DNA from: a virus
DNA length: 64,000 bases
Strand: one strand, 5' to 3'
IMG/VR virus record: IMGVR_UViG_3300030107_001446
Location: 1 to 64,000 of that record
The notes under the pieces are model-generated. The model did no database searches, was not told where the DNA came from, and was given only the letters and a program-made list of their open reading frames with translations. Positions within the stretch are counted from its first letter, which is position 1. Each line of letters begins with the position of its first letter. Shown in pieces: positions 57,948-64,000 of this stretch. The position numbers were made by a program, and so were the translations under genes.

Positions 57948-58538
57948 ATGACATTAGAGATGTTAGTATCGTCTGCTCTTATGGAGTATTCACAGGTAGA
58001 GCAGCAGAGAATCCTTATAGCATTAGAGGAAGGCAAAGAGATGCCAACCCCTAGACTTAAGAAGGGACTTGAGAAAATTATGGAAGTCTTAAACACTTGG
58101 GAGCCTATCGTAGAAGGTTACGCAGGATTCCCTATTGAAAGAGAACTCATTGATAGAAAGAAGCGTGAGCATGACAAGGACCGTAACATTGGTCGTGTAG
58201 TCAGACATGGTAACAACGCTTTCGTTATCAGTGGTAAGAAAGCTGACGGACGTTACATTATCGTCGGCAAAAAAGGAGAGAAAACTGCTAAAGCACCAGA
58301 GGATATGGGCTTGCAGACTCAGAAAGAATCTATTGGTATAGACATCGAAATACTTCACAGACAAATGCTTGCCGAAGCCAAGAAGGGCAAGAAAGTGAAG
58401 AGATGGTGGGATGATGATGGAGATGGTAAGGGCTATGAGAAGCACGAAGTAAAGAAAGAAGGCTTCGTGTCTAAACTTAAGGAGACAGGTATCTTCTCCG
58501 ATGAGGAACTGGCTCGTTTAGCGGAGGTTGACAAATGA
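57948..58538 (+). CDS. Hypothetical late protein
   Basis: Follows ATAAATA at about 57898; contains a KRWWDDDGDGKGYE module. Confidence 0.6.
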   Translation: MTLEMLVSSALMEYSQVEQQRILIALEEGKEMPTPRLKKGLEKIMEVLNTWEPIVEGYAGFPIERELIDRKKREHDKDRNIGRVVRHGNNAFVISGKKADGRYIIVGKKGEKTAKAPEDMGLQTQKESIGIDIEILHRQMLAEAKKGKKVKRWWDDDGDGKGYEKHEVKKEGFVSKLKETGIFSDEELARLAEVDK

Positions 58539-58903
58539 TTAATGAAGTCAACCAAAACGGTAAGTCCAATCAGGAAAACTATCTCAAAACTAAAAAGAAG
58601 GGTAACGTTACAGTTAACCCAAAAAAGGAGGATCTAATGTCCGAATTATACACAAAGAATTTACGCAACGCACTGCAAGATATTAAAGAGAAAGCAGTGA
58701 CCGCAGCAAACGAAACAAAGCAAAAAGAAAAGAAGGCACTTAAGAAGGAAGATCCTCAAGGGGGAGATGTGCAACCACAAAACCCTACATGTGAGGACCA
58801 TGATGACAGTGGTGTTAAGGCAGAGATTGCTGAGAGAATGCGTCAGCGTCTGCTCCAGCTAACTGCTGACCACGATAGTAAGTATATGCTAGAGAAAAAG
58901 TAG
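58535..58903 (+). CDS. Hypothetical charged protein
   Basis: 122 aa; ATGA-coupled. Confidence 0.55.
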   Translation: MINEVNQNGKSNQENYLKTKKKGNVTVNPKKEDLMSELYTKNLRNALQDIKEKAVTAANETKQKEKKALKKEDPQGGDVQPQNPTCEDHDDSGVKAEIAERMRQRLLQLTADHDSKYMLEKK

Positions 58904-58933
58904 TATATATAGAGTACTATACTCGTCATTATT

Positions 58934-59119
58934 ATGACTAAATTCTTACTACCTATTGCTATCAATATAATTGATAAGGCAGTAGACAAAATCCCCGAAG
59001 ACCTTGAGGATAAAATCAAGGAGTTCGTTATTGCATTGCTTAAGAAAGCTGCTGCCAAATCAGGCAACAAAGTTGACGATCAACTTGTCGCTGCTCTAGA
59101 GAAGGCACTACTTTCCTGA
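58934..59119 (+). CDS. Small amphipathic hypothetical protein
   Basis: MTKFLLPIAINIIDKAV...KSGNKVDDQLV. Confidence 0.6.
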   Translation: MTKFLLPIAINIIDKAVDKIPEDLEDKIKEFVIALLKKAAAKSGNKVDDQLVAALEKALLS

Positions 59120-59162
59120 GTTTATAAATAAAATATAGGAAACCCGTCCACGGAGAATTAAA

Positions 59163-59984
59163 ATGGCAGTCTTTGGTACAATAGACGCTGCTACGTTTGG
59201 CAATACTGTTGCTGTCACGAATGGTGATGCTACTGTTACCAAGAATGCAGCTGATAGCATCGACGTAGGAGACATCATAGTCTTAGATAGCGTTAACTAT
59301 CTTGTAAAGGAAGTAACAAGTACAACATCAATCGAATTACATAAAGTATATGCAGGTAGCACAGCAGGATCTCTTGCAGGTGCTGTTAGACGTACTGCTC
59401 CTAAGGCAGTTGCTGAGTATGTAGTTAAGGGTGGTGATAGTGTAAGTTATGACCTAGTATTCGTTGATACTACAGAGCAATCAATAGCATCAAACAAGAC
59501 AAGAGGAATCACTGGTCCTGGTTGGTGGCAGTATCAAACTTATGTAACACATAACGGTGACACACGTCACAAGGCAGAATATCTTGCACCTGCTAAAGCA
59601 ACAGCTGGTAATGCAGGAGACTTCACTGATGATACAGTCGTAGCAGACGTATTAGAAGTCATCACAGTTGGTACACAACCTGCAAACTCTACTTCTTCTA
59701 GTGGAGCTGGAACATTCGTTGCTGCTGCAACAGTGGATCAGTCAGGTACTATCACATACCAGTGGCAGAGACAGACAGCAAGTGCTACTACTCGTTGGGT
59801 AAATGTAAGTGCTTCACTTGACACAGGTATTACATATGCAAACTTCACTACAGCAACACTTGCTTACAGTGGACTAGCATCTGATGCACTAGACGGTTAC
59901 AAGTATCGCTGTGTTATTAACACAAGCAAGGGTGCTGAAACCAAGAGAACAAACGGAGCTGCCACACTTACATTCGGTAGTTAG
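59163..59984 (+). CDS. Virion structural protein with C-terminal Ig-like domain
   Basis: Late promoter at 59123; TITYQWQRQ...YKYRCVI Ig-like pattern. Confidence 0.65.
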   Translation: MAVFGTIDAATFGNTVAVTNGDATVTKNAADSIDVGDIIVLDSVNYLVKEVTSTTSIELHKVYAGSTAGSLAGAVRRTAPKAVAEYVVKGGDSVSYDLVFVDTTEQSIASNKTRGITGPGWWQYQTYVTHNGDTRHKAEYLAPAKATAGNAGDFTDDTVVADVLEVITVGTQPANSTSSSGAGTFVAAATVDQSGTITYQWQRQTASATTRWVNVSASLDTGITYANFTTATLAYSGLASDALDGYKYRCVINTSKGAETKRTNGAATLTFGS

Positions 59985-60001
59985 TAATTAAATAATTCGT
60001 A

Positions 60002-60370
60002 ATGCATTTTGAATCACTTAATGAAAAAAACTATTTGATGTTCGCTATTAAGCACTACGATAACCCTCAATCGGTGACAGTAGATGACTTCATGGAGGAT
60101 ATGAAGAAGTTTAAATACCTCAAGAGATTACTCAAGAGGTATTTAAAAACAGGTATCCTCCGAGTGAACCTCATATTGAATCATCTTATTATATTGTTTA
60201 ATGTTTTTGGTGATGCGACCATACCTTTACTAATGTATAAGTTAGAAAGAGAGTATTGGTCTCTTATTAAAACCTTCTTGATATATCTCAACCGATTACC
60301 TGAGTACCATGGTGCACTAGGGACTGTTGATACAGATGAAGAAGTCTCTTCTCTCTTAGAAAGCATATGA
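60002..60370 (+). CDS. Hypothetical protein
   Basis: MFAIKHYDNPQ...FKYLKRLL...ILNHLIILFNVFG. Confidence 0.7.
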   Translation: MHFESLNEKNYLMFAIKHYDNPQSVTVDDFMEDMKKFKYLKRLLKRYLKTGILRVNLILNHLIILFNVFGDATIPLLMYKLEREYWSLIKTFLIYLNRLPEYHGALGTVDTDEEVSSLLESI

Positions 60371-60801
60371 TTAAGGAAGATGCCCCAACAATGAGTGCTG
60401 GTACTGGTGGATTCTCTGGATCTGCTGCTGCCACTGGTCCTGTTGCGGGTTTTGATCCTATTCTGGGTGGTACTAAAAAGATAAAGAGACGTAAGTATAA
60501 GAGGAAGGAACCAGAGTCAGCTAGAAAACCATATCATCCACCAAAACATGAGAACCCACGTGCTGTAGCAGAGGGACGTGAGGAGAGGACAGGAAGAGAT
60601 TCTTACCTGCCTTTTTTAATTTCATATGATGATGCTGAATCCTATGTGCTATATGGTAGAAGCGTAGCAGAGATTAAGATTCAACTTAGAAAGATTTACA
60701 GACCAGAGAATCATAAGAAGATAAAAGTCAAGAGACTTTATCCCAATGAGGTTATTCAGTGGTACTGGAAGAAGAGACAACAGGCACTGACAAACCAATG
60801 A
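60367..60801 (+). CDS. Hypothetical protein
   Basis: MIKEDAPTMSAGTGG...GPVAGFDP N-terminus, basic body. Confidence 0.6.
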   Translation: MIKEDAPTMSAGTGGFSGSAAATGPVAGFDPILGGTKKIKRRKYKRKEPESARKPYHPPKHENPRAVAEGREERTGRDSYLPFLISYDDAESYVLYGRSVAEIKIQLRKIYRPENHKKIKVKRLYPNEVIQWYWKKRQQALTNQ

Positions 60802-61229
60802 GTGAGATTAATGCAGCAATACTAGAGCGACTGGAAAGGGTCGTTGATAAATTATCTGACAACTCCACCAAGATGGGGGAGTTACTTGCTGTTCACAACG
60901 AGAAACTAGAGAAGCAAGATAGAATAGATGCTGTACTCTTTGAGAAGATAGAGTCAGTCCATAGAGAGGTTAACAGGAGATCAGATGAGATCAAAAAAGG
61001 ATGCGAGAGGGACATCAGAAAGGTCGATGACCGTCTTCGCACGATGGAAAAGAAAATGTGGTCTATTTTTGGTGCTCTGTCTGTTATATCTGTCATCGTT
61101 AGTCCAATCGGACAAAAAGTAATACAGAGCTTGACAGGTTCAGAGCAAGCTGCTACACTTGATTCAGTTAGGAACCCTGAATGGACTACGTTGAGGACAA
61201 ATATATTAGATTCCTCAACACGAGGTTAG
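60798..61229 (+). CDS. Coiled-coil protein with C-terminal TM helix
   Basis: Heptad-like LERLERVVDKL...; MWSIFGALSVISVIVSPI. Confidence 0.6.
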   Translation: MSEINAAILERLERVVDKLSDNSTKMGELLAVHNEKLEKQDRIDAVLFEKIESVHREVNRRSDEIKKGCERDIRKVDDRLRTMEKKMWSIFGALSVISVIVSPIGQKVIQSLTGSEQAATLDSVRNPEWTTLRTNILDSSTRG

Positions 61230-62170
61230 ACAAGTTTAAAAACCTAAAATCTGGAGTATACAACTTCCGTTGTCCCTACTGTGGTGATTCTCAGAAGCAT
61301 CGCAATAAGGCTCGGGGGTATTTTTTTCTCAAGAAGTCAGAATACATTTACAAATGTCACAACTGTGGTGTAGGTAGATCACTTGGTAACTTCTTGAAAG
61401 ATCATGCACCAGACTTACATGACCAGTTTGTCATGGAGAAATATAGGCAAGGCATGACAGGAAAAGGTAGGCACACACCTAACCCTAAGTACAAGTCAGC
61501 TAAGCCTAACTTTTCACCTGACTTAGAGTCTATTGACAAACTAAATAGAAAACACCCCGCAAGAATATATCTTGAGGAGAGACAGATCCCACAAGAAAAG
61601 TTGTCCTCATTATTCTACACGGAAAGGTTCAAGACTTGGATTAACAAGAAGAAACCAGGTACATTTCAGAGTCTCCAGAATGATAGACCACGCATCATAA
61701 TTCCATTAATAGGTAAGGATGGTAAGTGGTTTGGTGTGCAAGGTAGGTCTCTCCTACCTAACACTACGATGAGATACATAACCATTCTGTTTGACGAAGA
61801 CAAGCAGAAAGTATTTGGACTTAATAATGTTAAAGAAACCGAACCAGTTTACGTCGTGGAGGGACCGTTTGATTCCCTCTTCTTGGACAATTCCATTGCG
61901 ATGGCTGGGAGTGATATTGATTGCAGGACGTTTGGTTGGGGCAATTATATTTGGGTTTATGATAACGAACCTCGTAACAGACAAATCATCGACAGACTCG
62001 ACAAGTCCATCGACAGAGGAGACAAGGTAGTTATTTGGCCTAAGTCTATGAAAGAGAAAGACATTAATGATATGTTTCTCAAGGGATATAATGTACAACA
62101 GTTGGTAGACAGTAACATCTACCAAGGATTACAAGCAAAAATAAAATTAACCGATTGGAAAAAAGTATGA
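61181..62170 (+). CDS. gp61: DNA primase gp61
   Basis: CPYCGDS...YKCHNC zinc finger, VEGPFDSLF TOPRIM, YDNEPRN, KDIND. Confidence 0.95.
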   Translation: MDYVEDKYIRFLNTRLDKFKNLKSGVYNFRCPYCGDSQKHRNKARGYFFLKKSEYIYKCHNCGVGRSLGNFLKDHAPDLHDQFVMEKYRQGMTGKGRHTPNPKYKSAKPNFSPDLESIDKLNRKHPARIYLEERQIPQEKLSSLFYTERFKTWINKKKPGTFQSLQNDRPRIIIPLIGKDGKWFGVQGRSLLPNTTMRYITILFDEDKQKVFGLNNVKETEPVYVVEGPFDSLFLDNSIAMAGSDIDCRTFGWGNYIWVYDNEPRNRQIIDRLDKSIDRGDKVVIWPKSMKEKDINDMFLKGYNVQQLVDSNIYQGLQAKIKLTDWKKV

Positions 62171-64000
62171 CCAGTAGCGTTATCAAAAGAAATGGTGAAG
62201 CCGCACCTTTAGATTTGGACAGGGTTCATCATATTGTAGAACATGCTTGCCATGGATTAGCAGGTGTGTCTGAATCACAAGTAGAAATGAATGCAAATTT
62301 ACAATTCTTTGATGGAATTGAGACTAAGGATATCCAAGAGATTCTTATTCGTTCTGCTAATGATTTGATTACGTTGGAGAATCCTAACTATCAATTCGTT
62401 GCTGCTAGACTTCTTCTATTTGGATTAAGGAAGGGAGTTTATCATGGACATCCTGACCATCCACCACACCTTTCAATACACATTGAGAATTGTATCAAGC
62501 AAGGTGTATATGATCCTGCTATTGCAACTCAGTATAGTCCTGAGGAGTGGGATGATATTAATAATTACATAGACTATGACAGGGATTACTTATTTACCTA
62601 TGCGGGTCTCCGTCAGGTGGTAGATAAATATCTTGTACAAGATAGAAGTAGTGGGGAGATCTATGAGACTCCACAGCAGATGTATATTATGATTGCTGCT
62701 ACTCTATTCCAAAACTATTCCATCGAAACTAGGATTTCCTACGTTAAAAAGTATTATGACGCAATCAGCAAGCACAAAATCAACATCCCAACACCAGTCA
62801 TGGCAGGGGTCAGAACACCCATTCGTCAATTTGCATCTTGTGTTTTGGTTGATACTGATGACACCCTCGATAGTATCTTTAGCAGTGATATGGCTATTGG
62901 CAAATATGTCGCACAGAGGGCTGGTATCGGTATTAACGCAGGTAGAATCCGTGGAATCGGATCTAAAATCAGGGGTGGAGAAGTTCAACACACAGGTGTT
63001 GTCCCCTTCCTTAAAAAATTCGAGTCAACTGTTAGGTGCTGTACTCAAAACGGTGTCCGAGGAGGGTCAGCTACTGTCCACTTTCCTATCTGGCATCAAG
63101 AAATCGAAGACATCCTCGTCCTCAAAAACAACAAAGGAACAGAAGACAACAGAGTCAGAAAGTTAGATTATAGTATACAGATAAGTGAATTATTCTATCA
63201 AAGATTCATTGACGACAAGGAGATTAGTCTTTTTTCTCCTCATGATGTGCCAGGGTTGTATGATAGTTTTGGTACAAAAGATTTTAATGAGTTATACTTA
63301 AAGTATGAATCGGATGAGAGCATTCCTCGTAACACTATCGGTGGGCAGGAGTTATTCCTTGACCTATTGAAGGAGAGAGCAGAGACAGGTCGTATATACA
63401 TTATGAATATTGACCACTGCAATGAGCACTCATCCTTTAAGGACCATGTATACATGAGTAACCTTTGTCAGGAGATTACTCTACCTACAGAACCTATTCA
63501 TCATATAGATGATGGTAATGGAGAGATTGCTTTGTGTATTCTATCTGCTATCAACGTAGGTAAGATTACAAACACAGATCAACTTGAAGAGTTATGTGAT
63601 CTATCTGTTAGAGCATTAGAAGAACTAATAGACTATCAGAGATACCCTGTTAAAGCAGCAGAGGTAAGCACCTTAGCACGTCGCTCATTAGGTATAGGGT
63701 TCATAGGTTTAGCACATTATCTTGCTAAGAATAAAGTTAACTATGCTGACCCAGAAGCATGGCAGTTAGTCCATGACCTAACAGAATCATTCCAATACTA
63801 TCTCCTTAAAGCATCTAATCAATTAGCAATAGAGAAGGGAGCATGTGGTAACTTTTCACGTACAAAGTATCACGATGGCATACTACCAATAGATACATAT
63901 AAGAGAGACGTAGATAACATCGTACAGAATAACTTAACACATGATTGGGAATCTCTTAGAGTATCTATCACCACCCACGGTCTTAGGCACTCAACATTGT
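62167..64000 (+). CDS. nrdA: Ribonucleotide reductase class Ia alpha subunit (3' truncated by window edge)
   Basis: Read manually: ATP-cone VIKRNG, ETPQQMY, PTPVMAGVRT, QFASCVL, catalytic SNLCQEI. Confidence 0.95.
   Translation, partial: MTSSVIKRNGEAAPLDLDRVHHIVEHACHGLAGVSESQVEMNANLQFFDGIETKDIQEILIRSANDLITLENPNYQFVAARLLLFGLRKGVYHGHPDHPPHLSIHIENCIKQGVYDPAIATQYSPEEWDDINNYIDYDRDYLFTYAGLRQVVDKYLVQDRSSGEIYETPQQMYIMIAATLFQNYSIETRISYVKKYYDAISKHKINIPTPVMAGVRTPIRQFASCVLVDTDDTLDSIFSSDMAIGKYVAQRAGIGINAGRIRGIGSKIRGGEVQHTGVVPFLKKFESTVRCCTQNGVRGGSATVHFPIWHQEIEDILVLKNNKGTEDNRVRKLDYSIQISELFYQRFIDDKEISLFSPHDVPGLYDSFGTKDFNELYLKYESDESIPRNTIGGQELFLDLLKERAETGRIYIMNIDHCNEHSSFKDHVYMSNLCQEITLPTEPIHHIDDGNGEIALCILSAINVGKITNTDQLEELCDLSVRALEELIDYQRYPVKAAEVSTLARRSLGIGFIGLAHYLAKNKVNYADPEAWQLVHDLTESFQYYLLKASNQLAIEKGACGNFSRTKYHDGILPIDTYKRDVDNIVQNNLTHDWESLRVSITTHGLRHSTL

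Noticed and set aside
252-63455. Numerous 60-170 aa antisense and alternative-frame ORFs in the track (e.g. 8355-8867, 48756-49163, 62693-63166)
   Set aside because: They are nested in well-supported genes, have shadow-type composition and show no RBS or motifs.
10531-64000. Inteins or introns in gp17, gp43, gp41, uvsW and nrdA
   Set aside because: Lengths are normal, motifs are contiguous and no splice-junction motifs were seen; nrdA was only spot-checked.

Overview
64 kb of a T4-like marine cyanomyovirus (Kyanoviridae-type; host probably Prochlorococcus or Synechococcus). It is AT-rich, densely coding and almost all on the + strand. Gene order: end of a large repeat-rich tail fibre, neck/tail genes gp13-15, terminase (gp16, gp17) split by an accessory block, gp18-gp23 tail/head genes, gp3, uvsY, uvsW, gp55, a tandem pebS-pcyA bilin reductase pair, gp47-[QueG-like Fe-S gene]-gp46, a vWA/peptidase-DenV-like-MoxR AAA ('cobS') block, gp45/gp44, tandem 2OG-Fe(II) oxygenases, dam, gp62, regA, an accessory block with a minus-strand operon of exported proteins, hsp20, gp43, uvsX, gp41, mazG, a structured ncRNA (manA-like), a nuclease-like/ligase-like/HIGH-nucleotidyltransferase trio, late genes, gp61 primase and the 5' part of nrdA. 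The best candidates for undescribed biology are: (1) the ncRNA + PD-(D/E)xK-like + KxDG ligase-like + HxGH nucleotidyltransferase cluster; (2) a Lys-rich polyprotein punctuated by capsid-targeting/prohead-protease-like motifs; (3) a QueG-like Fe-S enzyme inside the gp47-gp46 operon, next to pebS-pcyA; (4) the exported-protein operon, whose last gene lacks a canonical start codon. All calls are by eye from motifs and synteny; no database search was run.
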